A stretch of 64,000 nt of DNA. Source: Zootoca vivipara. Its lineage: Eukaryota. The translations under genes and the position numbers were made by a program. The notes below the pieces were generated by a model, which was not told where the DNA came from, ran no database searches, and worked only from the letters and a program-made list of their open reading frames with translations. Where the stretch lies: positions 29,884,001-29,948,000 of the forward strand of contig NC_083288.1 of NCBI RefSeq assembly GCF_963506605.1. Reading direction: 5' to 3'. Below are positions 23,026-34,438 of this stretch, one piece after another; the first letter of the stretch is position 1, and every line of letters begins with the position of its first letter.

Positions 23026-26000
23026 ATGAACCTTAAATTTTTGACTTGGAATGTGAATGGACTGAATGAAAAGACAAAAAGAAATAAGGTAGAACATGAA
23101 CTAATTAGGCAAAAAATCGATGTCATCTGTCTTCAGGAAACCCACGTAATGCAGAAACATATAAGAGTGCTCTCCAACAAAAAATTAGGGCAGGAATTTA
23201 TTTCTGCTCATAATACTAAGAAAAAAGGGGGTGTGGTGATCTATGCCAAAAATTATTTGGAACCCAAATTGTTATTTAAAGATTCGGAAGGGAGGATAGT
23301 AATTATTGAAATCACATCACAAGGAGAAAAGATCGTAATAATTGGAATATACGCACCAAACAAGAGACAAAAGAAATTTTACCAAAAATTGGAGAAAAAA
23401 CTAATAGAATACGTGGCAGAGAAGACAATCTTGTTGGGAGATTTAAATGGGGTTATCGCACCTGATATAGACAGATCACATAAAAAGAATGGCAAGAGCT
23501 CTAAGCAAAGTAAATTACCGGTTATATTTTCCCAAGCGATGGAAACATTACATATGAAGGACGCATGGAGAACAAAACATCCAATGAAAAGAGAGTACAC
23601 ACACTTTTCCGAGCCGAATAAGACCTCAGGCAGGATTGATGCCATTTGGATTCCTAATGAACTGACAGTAAGTATCGCTAAAGCCGAAATTCAGCCCAGA
23701 ACCTTATCGGATCATAACCCTGTACTTGTTTGGATAAATAAAGGAATGTCTGGATTTAAAAGATGGAAAGTAAATGAATCCCTAATGTATGATGAGGTAA
23801 TAATTGAGAAAGCTAAAGAGACTCTTCAAGAATTTTTTAAATTTAATTTGCATAAAGAAACCCCTATCACGACAGTATGGGATGCCGGAAAGGCAGTGAT
23901 AAGAGGATTCTTTATCAATCAGAGCGCAATTCAAAAGAAAGAAAAGGAAAAGAAGATACAAAAACTCAGGGATGAAATAAGGAAATATGAAGTGGACCTC
24001 GATAAAGACCCAAAGAATGAAAAAATTAAACAGAATGTAAAAATACTACAGACACAGTACTCAATGATTTTAGAAGAAGACATCCAGAGGAAAATAAAAA
24101 TGTTGAGGCAAAAGAATTTCGAACAAGCCAATAAGCCAGGCAAGTTACTTGCCTGGCAATTAAAAAACAGACAAAATGAGAGAGTTATAAATAAAATGAA
24201 ACAGGGAGAAAATTACACTTCTAACCCAAAAGAGATTGAAAAGATTTTCTTGGATTTCTATCGGGAATTATATAGTGAAGGTAAAGAAACTGATGAAGAA
24301 GTAAAAGGATATCTGGAAAAAAATAATTTGGGGAAAATTCCCAAGGAGTATATTAAAGATCTTAACGCACGGATCACTACATTTGAAATTAGCCAAGCTA
24401 TAAAAAAAGCTAAATTAGGGAAAAGTCCAGGTCCTGACGGGCTATCGGCAATATATTATAAAAGGCTTGAGGAAACCGTTACAGATCCATTAAAGGAGAT
24501 AATGAATAATGTATTAGAAAATGGTGAAATGCCCCTAACATGGGGAGAAAGTTATTTAACTCTAATTCCCAAACAGGGAACAGACTTATCTCTACCATCA
24601 AACTTCAGACCAATTTCGTTACTTAATAACGATTACAAGTTGTTTGCTTCCATTTTAGCTGACCGTTTAAAGAATGTACTAACAACAATAATTCATGAGG
24701 ACCAGGCGGGCTTTCTCCCTAAACGATTAATGCAACATAACATCAGAAATATTATTAATATTATCGAATATTTAGATATGAAAATTGATAAGCCAGGAGT
24801 CCTAATAGCGGTCGACGCCGAAAAGGCGTTCGACCAAATCTCTTGGAAATTTATGAGGGCCACTATGGAGCAAATGGAGTTTGGGAAGCTCTTTTGTAAC
24901 GGAATTAGAGCAATATACACCAGACAAAGGACAAGATTATTGGTAAACAATAATATCTCTAACGAGTGTGATATACATAAAGGGACCAGACAGGGTTGCC
25001 CCCTGTCCCCTCTAATTTTTATTCTAGTGATGGAAATACTAAATAACAAAATTAGAGAAGAAAAGGAAATAACAGGAGTAACACTCGGTAGGAGGACGTA
25101 CAAACTACGCGCCTATGCGGACGATCTGATAGTCACGACGGAGAACCCAAAGGAAAGCATAAGGAAAATGTTAGAAATAATAGAGGAATTCGGCAAGGTG
25201 GCGGGGTACAAATTAAATAACACCAAAACTAAAATGCTGGCTAAAAACTTATCAATGGATGAGAAAATTGAAATTGAACGGTTAACTCAATTAAAGTTTT
25301 GTGGCAAAATCAAATACTTAGGAATCTGGATATCTCCAAAAAATATTAATTTATATCAAGACAACTATACCAAAGTATGGGAAGAAATTAAAAGAAATTT
25401 GATAAATTGGAACAAACTGAGATTATCATTTCTGGGACGGATTTCGGTAATAAAAATGAGCATATTACCAAAACTGATTTTTCTGTTTCAAAACATCCCA
25501 ATAATACGCAATACAGGATGTATAAAAGAATGGCAGAAGGAAATTTCCAGATTCATTTGGCACGGAGCAAGGCCGAGAATAAAGCACAAGTTGCTTATAG
25601 ACAGAAAAGAGAGGGGAGGATTCGGTCTCCCCGATCTGAATTTATATTATGAAGCGGCCTGCTTCACGTGGTTAAAAGACTGGTTTTTGCTCCAGAGAAC
25701 CAGTCAGCTGGATTTAGAAGGATTTGATTTAAGGTTCGGCTGGCACGCATATGTACATTATGACAAGACCAAGGTACACAAAGGGTTTAGTAACCACATA
25801 ATAAGAGGTTCCCTTTACAAAGTGTGGGCGAAATATAAAAATCTCTTGGAGCCAAAAACTCCTTTATGGATTTCGCCGGTGGAAGCCAAGGCGGTAAGGA
25901 AAAAAACTAATAAGGACAAATGGGCTACATATAGATCACTGCTGATAAAGGAGGACGAACAATTTAAATTAAAAGGATATGATGAAGTTAAAAATGAATT

Positions 26001-26790
26001 AGTAAGTTGGTTAGATTACCATCAATTAAATGAAGCTTTTAAGGAGGACAAAAAAATAGGATTCAATTCAGAAATGTCCAGATTAGAAAAAGATCTGATG
26101 AATAGTAATAATAAGACAATATCTAAAATGTATCACCTCCTGCTTGAGCTGGAAGTAATGGACGAAGCAGTGAAAGAAGTCATGATAAAATGGGCCCAGG
26201 ACTTTGGCTATGCAATTATGATGGAGGAATGGGAAAAGCTGTGGGAACACAATATGAAATTCACGGTATCATATACGATTAAAGAAAATATGTATAAAAT
26301 GTTATACCGGTGGTATCTTACGCCCTCCAGGCTGTCTAGAATGTATAAAAGCATTGCAAATGTATGTTGGAGATGTGGAGAGGCAAAAGGAGATATGATA
26401 CATATGTGGTGGACCTGCCGCAAAATTAAAGTGTTTTGGAATCAGATACATGAGGAGCTGAAAAAAATGCTTAAGATCAACTTCACAAAAAAGCCAGAGG
26501 CTTTTCTCCTCGGAATCCTGAACACAGATCTGCCAGTAAAATACAGAGAGCATTTCCTGTACGCGACGGCGGCAGCCCGCCTGCTGATAGCTGCCAACTG
26601 GAAAGGAGATAAAATCCCCACAGTTGGCGAGTGGCAAGTTAAGCTATTGGGTTTTATGGAAATGGCTCAGCTAACTGATAGTTTAAAGGGAAAATCCAAA
26701 CAGGCATTTATGGAAAAGTGGGAAAAATTTAGGAATTATATGCAAGAAATTGATAATAGGAAAGGAATCTTCATGGCAGTTTTGAATTGA
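23026..26790 (+). CDS. L1-B ORF2p, 1254 aa
   Basis: TWNVNGL, CLQETH, GDLN, SDH, DAEKAFD, GTRQGCPLSP, YADD and CWRC...HMWWTC with no interruptions. Confidence 0.97.
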   Translation: MNLKFLTWNVNGLNEKTKRNKVEHELIRQKIDVICLQETHVMQKHIRVLSNKKLGQEFISAHNTKKKGGVVIYAKNYLEPKLLFKDSEGRIVIIEITSQGEKIVIIGIYAPNKRQKKFYQKLEKKLIEYVAEKTILLGDLNGVIAPDIDRSHKKNGKSSKQSKLPVIFSQAMETLHMKDAWRTKHPMKREYTHFSEPNKTSGRIDAIWIPNELTVSIAKAEIQPRTLSDHNPVLVWINKGMSGFKRWKVNESLMYDEVIIEKAKETLQEFFKFNLHKETPITTVWDAGKAVIRGFFINQSAIQKKEKEKKIQKLRDEIRKYEVDLDKDPKNEKIKQNVKILQTQYSMILEEDIQRKIKMLRQKNFEQANKPGKLLAWQLKNRQNERVINKMKQGENYTSNPKEIEKIFLDFYRELYSEGKETDEEVKGYLEKNNLGKIPKEYIKDLNARITTFEISQAIKKAKLGKSPGPDGLSAIYYKRLEETVTDPLKEIMNNVLENGEMPLTWGESYLTLIPKQGTDLSLPSNFRPISLLNNDYKLFASILADRLKNVLTTIIHEDQAGFLPKRLMQHNIRNIINIIEYLDMKIDKPGVLIAVDAEKAFDQISWKFMRATMEQMEFGKLFCNGIRAIYTRQRTRLLVNNNISNECDIHKGTRQGCPLSPLIFILVMEILNNKIREEKEITGVTLGRRTYKLRAYADDLIVTTENPKESIRKMLEIIEEFGKVAGYKLNNTKTKMLAKNLSMDEKIEIERLTQLKFCGKIKYLGIWISPKNINLYQDNYTKVWEEIKRNLINWNKLRLSFLGRISVIKMSILPKLIFLFQNIPIIRNTGCIKEWQKEISRFIWHGARPRIKHKLLIDRKERGGFGLPDLNLYYEAACFTWLKDWFLLQRTSQLDLEGFDLRFGWHAYVHYDKTKVHKGFSNHIIRGSLYKVWAKYKNLLEPKTPLWISPVEAKAVRKKTNKDKWATYRSLLIKEDEQFKLKGYDEVKNELVSWLDYHQLNEAFKEDKKIGFNSEMSRLEKDLMNSNNKTISKMYHLLLELEVMDEAVKEVMIKWAQDFGYAIMMEEWEKLWEHNMKFTVSYTIKENMYKMLYRWYLTPSRLSRMYKSIANVCWRCGEAKGDMIHMWWTCRKIKVFWNQIHEELKKMLKINFTKKPEAFLLGILNTDLPVKYREHFLYATAAARLLIAANWKGDKIPTVGEWQVKLLGFMEMAQLTDSLKGKSKQAFMEKWEKFRNYMQEIDNRKGIFMAVLN

Positions 26791-29409
26791 TGGGCATATA
26801 ACAAACACTCAGACAAATTGGTAGAATAAGCTTTATTATGTACAAAAAAATAACAAGATTATGATGAGGAATGTCAGTACATAAAGAATATAAAGGAGAC
26901 AAGTTGCAGATGGTGATGGGAAGTCAATGGCAGAATTTTGATGTATTAGATACTTAGATGATGAAATGATAATGTTTTTTATTTTATTTCATTTTTTCTT
27001 TTCTTTTTTCCTCTCTTCTTTTTTCTTCTGTAAATTTTCTGTAAGACATTATTTTTCAATAAAGTTTGATTATGCAAAAAAAAAAAAAAAAAGACATAGG
27101 ATATGAAATCAACCCTACCCAATGGACTAGAATGTGGTCGAAACCCCCCTTCAAATCTATATCAATGAAAAGAAAAGAACTCTCATTGAAACTAACCTAC
27201 AGATGGTACCTGACTCCACGAAAATTAGCACTAATACGTTCAGGAACCCCATCAAAATGTTGGAGAGGATGCACCTCCACAGGCACATATCTCCACATGT
27301 GGTGGGAGTGCCCTAAAATCCAATCATTCTGGAAGACATCCATGCAAGAAATTTGTAAGATGACTAAGCAAGTGCTAGAAATTACCCCAGAATTGGTTTT
27401 ACTAAATATCTTTCAAGATAACAGCACTCACTTAGATCACAAAGAATTTATAATCCACCTATTGTCAGCAACCAGAAACATCATAACCAGGCACAGGAGA
27501 GACCTGTCAGGAGTAAGCATGGACCAATGGTACCAAGTTGTATGGGAAACAGCCCTACTAGAAAAACTAACCAGTAAACTGAAACTGACATGGGGACAAA
27601 CAGAAGAAGACACCTTCACCCCAGTATGGTTCCCCTTCATCACTTATACAGCCCAACAAGACAACGGCAAAAACTTACCGTCAGCATACAAATCAATATG
27701 GCTAACCTAATCAAAACACCCTCCCTCCCCACTCACACAAGAAACTAAGGATCACCACAGCCAACCACAAATGAACAATCACATCCTAAGACAAATCCTG
27801 ACCTCTCTCACCAACAAAGAAGCATGAACAAACAACAGAGAACCAGCACAATCGACGCTGACGCCGAACCCCTACACATATCAAGAAAAACAGAAACATC
27901 GGCAATCCACCACACCCAACTCCCCATCCCACCCACCTCTTTCCCCCCTTCCTCATAATGTCTCAACAAGTAAAATTGATGTGTAAAAATGATACATGGG
28001 AGGGGGGGGGGAATGAGACATTGCACTACCTTTGTAACCCAAGAAAATCCTTAATAAAAAATAATTACTATGAAACTCATGAAGCTTCAGCTTCAGAGCC
28101 CCTAATCGCAGAGAGGCTCCAGAAGAGACTTTATTCACACATGTATATAACAGTTCTCTAATTTTCACCCCCCCCCAATAACTTTGTAAACTATAAGGCA
28201 TAGAAAATATTTACCCACACCAGTGACTTTGACACATGAGATAATCCAGTAGAGCAGATTTAATCAAAATATGAGATGTAGTAGCAGGACCCCAAAAATA
28301 TACAGCAGGTCTGCCACTGCATAGGTCCTTAATAAAGCTTTTTGAAGGCTCCAACTTTAGTTGTGTTTGAAAGACATGGTCCCTAAAGAGAGAGAGAGAA
28401 TCTGTGTTCTCTATTATATTAGCCGCTTTGCTACTCATTGCAAAACATTGGCAGTGGAGGGGGAGAATTGTTTCACTTAAGAGGATGGTACATCAAATTA
28501 TAGGAATTTGCAACTTCAAGGAAACAGACCTGAATCTTATGGGTAAGAAAGGGGAGAGAGAAAACGAATATGCATTGTTCAAGAAATTTTAGAATAGTAA
28601 GTGAAGGATGATAGGTTACAATACTTCTCCCCACCAACTTCTGCCTTTTATGAGAAAAAGAGAAAGTCAGGTTCTCCTCTAGATGTTGCTGGACAACAAC
28701 TCCCTCCATCCCTGACATAAGGAATGGAGCTGACCAAAGTTGGAGTCCAGCAACAGCTGCAGGGTTCCTCACCACCAGTTTAATGTATGTAATGCAAGGT
28801 ATGGTTATGGTCTTCCTCAGTTAAGGTGGATTTGAATTCTGCATGATTTAAAGAAACCCCTGTGTCTTTCTTTTTTTTTAACATTTGTTAAATTTGTAAG
28901 GATATGTCTTCTCACTTGGTTATTTATCTATGAATAGTTTTAAACAATTCATTATTTACTCATTTACTTAACTTTTCATTTTCCAGACCTGCATATGCTT
29001 CCTTCCTTCTCTTTGCTTGTCTTCTTTTAAGTGTTGAAATATTAATTGGTATTTTGTAATCTTTTTATATTTAAGAAAATGAAATTTAACAAAAAGAAAG
29101 GAAAGTAAATTTAAAAACAGCTTATTCCAAATTCCTATGGTTACATTACAGATCACAATGAATGTATGTCAAGATTCACATGTTGGTATAAGAATATCCC
29201 CATGTTCAGGCAGACAATTCATATAAGTACTCTGATATATGCCTGTATGCCACGGACATACAGAGTGATGAGGGGGAGATATATTGTATTAAGTGGGGGG
29301 GGGGGGAGACAAGGTGTTTCTTTCTGGAGGGGAGGAGTATATACCTTATTTTTATTAGGTGAGCAATTCAGAAACTATTAATGGAATATATTCCTACCTT
29401 TTTAAAAAG

Positions 29410-29596
29410 AAGCCTGCCTTATAAAGAGTCAGACCACAAATACATCCACCCGAGTATTGTCTGTACTGGTTGGCATCTGCTCTCTGGAGTTTCACAGAAG
29501 TTTCTTCCCCAGCATTACCAGGAGGTTGCCAGGGTCTGAGTTTGGGGCTCTTTGCCCGCAAAGCATGTCTTCTGTCAATGAGTCACAGTCCCTCCT
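29410..29596 (-). mobile_element. Old tRNA-derived SINE (Squam3-like)
   Basis: The reverse complement resembles ...GAGAGCAGATGCCAACCAGTACAGACAATACT...TGGTCTGACTCT..TATAAGGCAG. Confidence 0.55.
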
Positions 29597-30056
29597 CTTC
29601 CTTCTTCAGATATTTATTTCAACTTTAGGTGCACTTCTCCTTCAGCACTGTTAGAGCTATCTAGTCACCAATGAAACTATACAAATGTTCACCATCACTT
29701 TGGCATATGAAGGCAATATGAAATTGACAACATGCTAAGGAGGTTTATTAATATCTATCTTGTGTTCCTAGAGATTTACTCTCAGGAGTCCAACATAGCT
29801 CAGTAGCAGCCACATTAAGCAACTCTCTGGTCTGTATTTTTTTTACTAATGTAATTAGGAAAAACTGACTCTGTTTGTTTATCTTAGAATGTCAGGATAC
29901 TGAAAGGAACGAAATCTATCCTTGCATGCATTTGGTCCAATTTATTTGCTAAGAACCATTGGTTATCACAAAAATATAGAACTACAAATAGTATTTTAGC
30001 ATTTCTGGTCCACAGGACATGGGAACTTTTATATAATGCATTGAGCTTTATATGTA

Positions 30057-30292
30057 CAGTCGTACCTCGGAAGTTGAACAGAATCCATTCCGGAAGTTTG
30101 TTCGACTTCTGAAATGTTCAGAAACCAAGGTGTAACTTCCGAATGGTTTCCGATTGCACAGGTGCACCGGAAACAATAGTGGAAGCTGCACCAGACGTTC
30201 AGCTTCCAAAAAAAGTTCAAAAATCTGGTTTTTTATTGTTTGGGAGATGGAATGTTTGGCTTCCAAGACATTTGGGATCCAAGATATGACTG
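30057..30292. mobile_element. Tc1/pogo (Tigger-like) MITE
   Basis: Imperfect TIRs TA|CAGTCGTACCTCGG ... CCAAGATATGACTG|TA with a TA duplication. Confidence 0.75.
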
Positions 30293-30729
30293 TAGTGTGT
30301 TTCTCTACATCAAGAGTTTGGAACCTCTCTATTCAGCCCTCAGGAGTCTTCTTAGGCTATGTCTAATTATAAAGACACACACTCAATAGCCTTGCTCCAT
30401 ACAATGGCCCCACTCCTGGACACATTCTTCACTCACTTTGTTCTGAGCCCTCCTTCAGTATTTTTGCCAAGCTGGAAATGTGCCACTGATCTGTGATAAT
30501 GACTTTTGCCTGTCTGTATGACAAGGGTGTGTGAAGAAGCTATGGCTTCTGTGTAACTGGAGTGCAGCCATTAAAACGTCTACATGGGGAAAGTTCTAAA
30601 GTTCTGGCATTGGCTGGTTATGTTACAAAGATAACATCAAAGTTCAAATCATTTACACTTAATGCAAATCAAGAAGGTTATATGAGGGACCAAGAATGGG
30701 GGCTACTGGTGGAAGGTCAGAAATGTAAA

Positions 30730-30882
30730 GGTCCATAGTTCAATGGCAGGGCATCTACTTTGCAAGTCAGGGTTCAATCCAGATCCCCAGGTATGGCTGG
30801 GAAAGACCCCTGCCTGAAATCCTGGATAGCTGTTGCCAACAAGAATATTGTGCTAGTTTGGTTTGAGTCAGTATAAGGCAGG
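30730..30882 (+). mobile_element. Old tRNA-derived SINE (Squam3-like)
   Basis: A/B-box-like ATAGTTCAATGGCAG and GGTTCAATCC, then GGCTGGGAAAGACCCCTGCCTGAAA...CAGTATAAGGCAG. Confidence 0.6.
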
Positions 30883-31052
30883 TCTACCCATGTCCACAAA
30901 TTTATCTTTGTTATCACCTGAATCCTGAACCATATTCTTGTTGTTGTTTAAAGTCTAAATGTTTGACCTTTGTGGCCAAATTCAGATATTTACTCAGAGT
31001 GAAAATCCCATTATGACAGTAGAAGCATTGCCCACTGCATCACAATTGTAAC

Positions 31053-31772
31053 GTAATCTGTAATGAAGATGCAGAATATAAATTTCCATACATATGAAAT
31101 TCCTATTCACATGCTTTCTCATTATTTCAAGGGGGAAGCATGACAGTACCACTGCACATCAAGTCATAGAACATCTCATACTAAAAATTGGAAAATGTGT
31201 GTATATGCATGCCAAGAAGAATTTAAGTCTCATGAGTTCTCTGTTATTTTAATACACCTACATGGCAACAACCTGTGTTAATTATATCAGCAGAACTACA
31301 GACCACAAAGTTATTTTTCTCCTAGTGTATGCCTCAGTGTGTTTCCACTGCTGCAATGAACTCTTGAGAATAAGTCTCTGGGAAGACAAACCATGTATAT
31401 AAATGAGCCACTGTCTTATGGTGACATCTACTGTCGCCATACAAAGAATTGTTCATTGCCATGAACGGTAAGGGACACAGTACTCTAAAATGGTAGAGAC
31501 GATACTGCTTCTGGAGCTGAAAGAAATCAATGAAGAAGGAAACTTGTAAGTTATTTATAGATATAACTTTAGAGAGAGTGGTTTCCTTGTGGCAGGGACA
31601 CTTTGGGCAGTTAGAGTAATGCATGCAAGCAAGTAACACAGATCAAGTCTACTGTGCAAGTAATCTCAAAAGTCAGCACCATGATGAGAAAGCATGTGAA
31701 TAATGAGAAAGCATGTGAATGGGAATTTCATATGTATGGAAATTCATATTCTGCACCTTCATTACAGATTAC
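31053..31772. repeat. 74-bp inverted repeat pair (31053-31126 and 31699-31772, 3 mismatches)
   Basis: GTAATCTGTAATGAAG...CTCATTATT and its reverse complement. An extra tandem copy of ATGAGAAAGCATGTGAAT is at 31684. Confidence 0.92.
31279..31551 (+). promoter_or_regulatory. Putative promoter and non-coding first exon of the OR at 32606
   Basis: TAATTA (31279), O/E-like TCTCTGGGAA (31375), TATATAAA (31396) and donor GTAAGT (31546). The acceptor ttccttttacag ends at 32583. Confidence 0.45.
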
Positions 31773-32605
31773 CCCTAACATAGAGACTTTCCCTGAATTG
31801 ATAACGATGTAGTATTCCCATATGTCCAGAATAATCCCCCCTCTTTTGGGGGGGGAGGGGCAACATGCCATCCAGGTGGATTTTTACATTTTAATGGAAA
31901 TGTCTGGGGTTTTTTGCTGGGATTGGGATTGGGCCTGTCCTCGGGCCTGGGAAGCTTGGGCCTGGGTGGTTTCTGCTCCTCAATTGCTCACAGGTTTAGG
32001 AGCCGCAGATTCTACCATTTATTGTTGCCAATTTTGTACATAGCAATTCTATCAAGCATTTTTCTCTTTTTTGTGGAAACCCTGTCATGTCAGCTGCACA
32101 TTGCTTTTGGCCAGCTGAGGTGAGCAGGACTTTCTGTTGTGTGTACACATACATGTCAGTTCCCATGTCATGGCCTTGGCCATGCCTCTATGTGGCCTTT
32201 TTTATTTATTTTTATTAAACACACTCATGAGTGAAACATGCTCATCAGAGTGGAGGATTTCTTGTGGAGAACAGGCTAACAAAGCAGCACCCTGCAATCA
32301 GCAGAATTGCACCCTCCATCACTAATCCAGTAGCCACTGTTCAATCTGTAAACCCAACGAATCCGCCTAACTGGACCAAAGTCTAAATTTCTTGATTTGG
32401 GTCAGGATTCAGCCAAATCTAATGTATTAGTCTTCTAGAGTGACAATTATTGCTTTACTGTTTCCACGTGTGTAAAATTCTGTGAACAATGAGATTTTAG
32501 TGAATACAAGGATATGTTTTTGGTTTTTTTAAAGGACCTTGGCCATAATTATTTAGTTTTAATTTTCCTCCTTCCTTTTACAGGCCTTCTAAAAAGTGAA
32601 AAAAA

Positions 32606-33535
32606 ATGTTCAATACCACCACAGTGACTGACTTTGTGCTCCTTGAATTTTCAGCGGCTTGGGAACTGCAGCTTCTGCATTTCATTATATTTCTAGTATT
32701 GTACTTGGCAAGCTTAATGGGGAACCTTCTCATAATTTCTGCAGTAGCTTCTGATCACCACTTGCACAGACCAATGTATTTCTTTATGATGAACTTGGCT
32801 ATTCAGGACCTTGGACAAGTTTCAGTTATTGTTCCCAAATCCATGGCCAATTCCCTCTTAAATACTAGGCAAATTTCTTATTCTGGATGTGTAGCTCAGA
32901 TCCTTTTGTTCAACTTCTTTATATCATCCAACTTCTTCCTTCTCACACTCATGGCTTATGATCGGTATGTTGCCATCTGCAATCCATTGTACTATGAGAT
33001 GGTGATGAATAAGCAAGCCTACATACAAGCGGTGGCTTGTGTGTGGATCAGTGGTTTTCTCCATGCAGTGCTACACACCAGCTGCACCTTTGCAACCCCA
33101 TTTTGCTCCAATGTTGTCAATCAGTTCTTCTGTGAAATTCCACAGTTACTGAAGCTTGCATGTTCAGATTTATACCTAATTGAAATTGGAGCTGTTATGC
33201 TGAGCTTTATCATTGGGCTAGGCTGTTTTACCTTCATCATTGTAACTTATGTGCAGATTTTCTATGCAGTGTTGAGAATTCCCTCTGTGCAGGGAAGGCA
33301 AAAGGCTTACTCAACTTGCATCCCCCACCTCACTGTCATCTTCACGTTATTCTTTACCGGATTCTTTGCCTACCTGCAGTCTACCTCTGTTCTAAATTTG
33401 GTATTTACTGTGGTATATTCAATGGTTCCACCCATGCTGAATCCAGTGATTTATAGTATGAGAAACAAAGAGATCAAGGCTGCCATGTCAAAGTTATTAG
33501 GTTTTAGTCAAGGTACATCATCAAGTCTTTTTTAA
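32606..33535 (+). CDS. Olfactory receptor, OR14-like, 309 aa
   Basis: Has an NTT sequon, LHRPMYFF, MAYDRYVAIC, FFCEIPQLLKLAC, KAYSTCIPHL and PPMLNPVIYSMRN. Confidence 0.93.
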   Translation: MFNTTTVTDFVLLEFSAAWELQLLHFIIFLVLYLASLMGNLLIISAVASDHHLHRPMYFFMMNLAIQDLGQVSVIVPKSMANSLLNTRQISYSGCVAQILLFNFFISSNFFLLTLMAYDRYVAICNPLYYEMVMNKQAYIQAVACVWISGFLHAVLHTSCTFATPFCSNVVNQFFCEIPQLLKLACSDLYLIEIGAVMLSFIIGLGCFTFIIVTYVQIFYAVLRIPSVQGRQKAYSTCIPHLTVIFTLFFTGFFAYLQSTSVLNLVFTVVYSMVPPMLNPVIYSMRNKEIKAAMSKLLGFSQGTSSSLF

Positions 33536-34022
33536 TTGTAGGTGTTTAAGTCTTCATCTCAACAGTGATGCACAATGATTTCTAATAAATTTATTACATT
33601 TTTATCCTTCCCCCTTTTTTACTTTATTCAAAATGGACTTCAGGACAATATTCCAAGTAATGGAAAATGTCTAATTCATTATGAAACAACAAACCAACAA
33701 TACAATCAAATTAAGAGGAACAAAACCATTCAACCTGTTTAAAAATACCCCAATCTAAAAATGGGTTAACCTTCCTCCCAAAAAGATACAGTATTGGTGC
33801 TTAGTTGGTGTTCCCCATCTTGGAGGGGAGGAATTCCATATGTGGGGCACCACCCCAGACAATACCCTATCTTTTGTATGCTCATGACGTTCTTTTCCTA
33901 ATGATGGAACACAAAGGCAGGCTTCCTTTTGACAGTCTTAATACATGAACAGGAGGAAACCAAAGTCTTACATTTTTAAAAGTGCTTTCTCTGAAGGGTG
34001 ACTAAGCCATTTTATATTACTA

Positions 34023-34438
34023 CAGTGGAACCTCGGTTTATGAACACCTCGGTTTATGAATTTTCGGTTTATGAACACCGTGGACCCATCTGGAACGGAT
34101 TAATTCATTTTCCTTTACTTTCAATGGGAAAGTTCGCTTCGGTTTATGAACGCTTCAGTTTATGAACAGACTTCCGGAACCAATTACACCCATGCTTCAG
34201 TTTATGAACGCTTCAGTTTAAGTACTCCGCGGACCCGTCTGGAACGGATTAATCCACTTTCCATTACTTTCAATGGGAAAGTTCGCTTCAGTTTATGAAC
34301 GCTTCAGTTTAAGTACTCTGGAACGGATTAATCCACTTTCCATTACTTTCAATGGAAAAGTTCGCTTCAGTTTATGAACGCTTCAGTTTATGAACAGACT
34401 TCCGGAACCAATTGTGTTCATAAACCGAGGTACCACTG
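34023..34438. mobile_element. Tc1/pogo (Tigger-like) MITE with internal tandem repeats
   Basis: TA|CAGTGGAACCTCGGTTTATGAAC ... GTTCATAAACCGAGGTACCACTG|TA. Three internal copies of GGAACGGATTAAT...TTCAATGG.AAAGTTCGCTTC. Confidence 0.88.

Larger units (their letters stand above)
20477..27092 (+). mobile_element. L1 element B, full length (6.6 kb), both ORFs intact
   Basis: Perfect 18-bp TSD GACATAGGATATGAAATC (20459-20476 and 27093-27110). Starts GACTTCCGG, with a CpG-rich 5' UTR, AATAAA at 27058 and a pure 17-A tail. Confidence 0.97.
17207..27710 (+). pseudogene. L1-A ORF2 (EN-RT-zinc knuckle), several frameshifts, split by L1-B into 17207-20476 and 27111-27710
   Basis: EN motifs FLQE, GGDLN and TDH. 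RT motifs KAPGPDGF, QGCPLSP and a degenerate FVDN. The C-terminal YRWYLTP...CWRGC...HMWWEC lies after the insertion. Confidence 0.93.
9589..28065 (+). mobile_element. L1 element A (decayed, about 7.8 kb of its own sequence) hosting two nested LINEs
   Basis: 16-bp TSD TACTATGAAACTCATG at 9573-9588 and 28066-28081. Has a CpG-rich 5' end, ORF1, ORF2 and AATAAA at about 28053. Confidence 0.93.

Noticed and set aside
9573-27110. TATGAAA present in both large L1 TSDs, suggesting a sequence-specific target
   Set aside because: It sits at different offsets from the cut and is absent from the other L1 TSDs. Chance in AT-rich DNA is sufficient.
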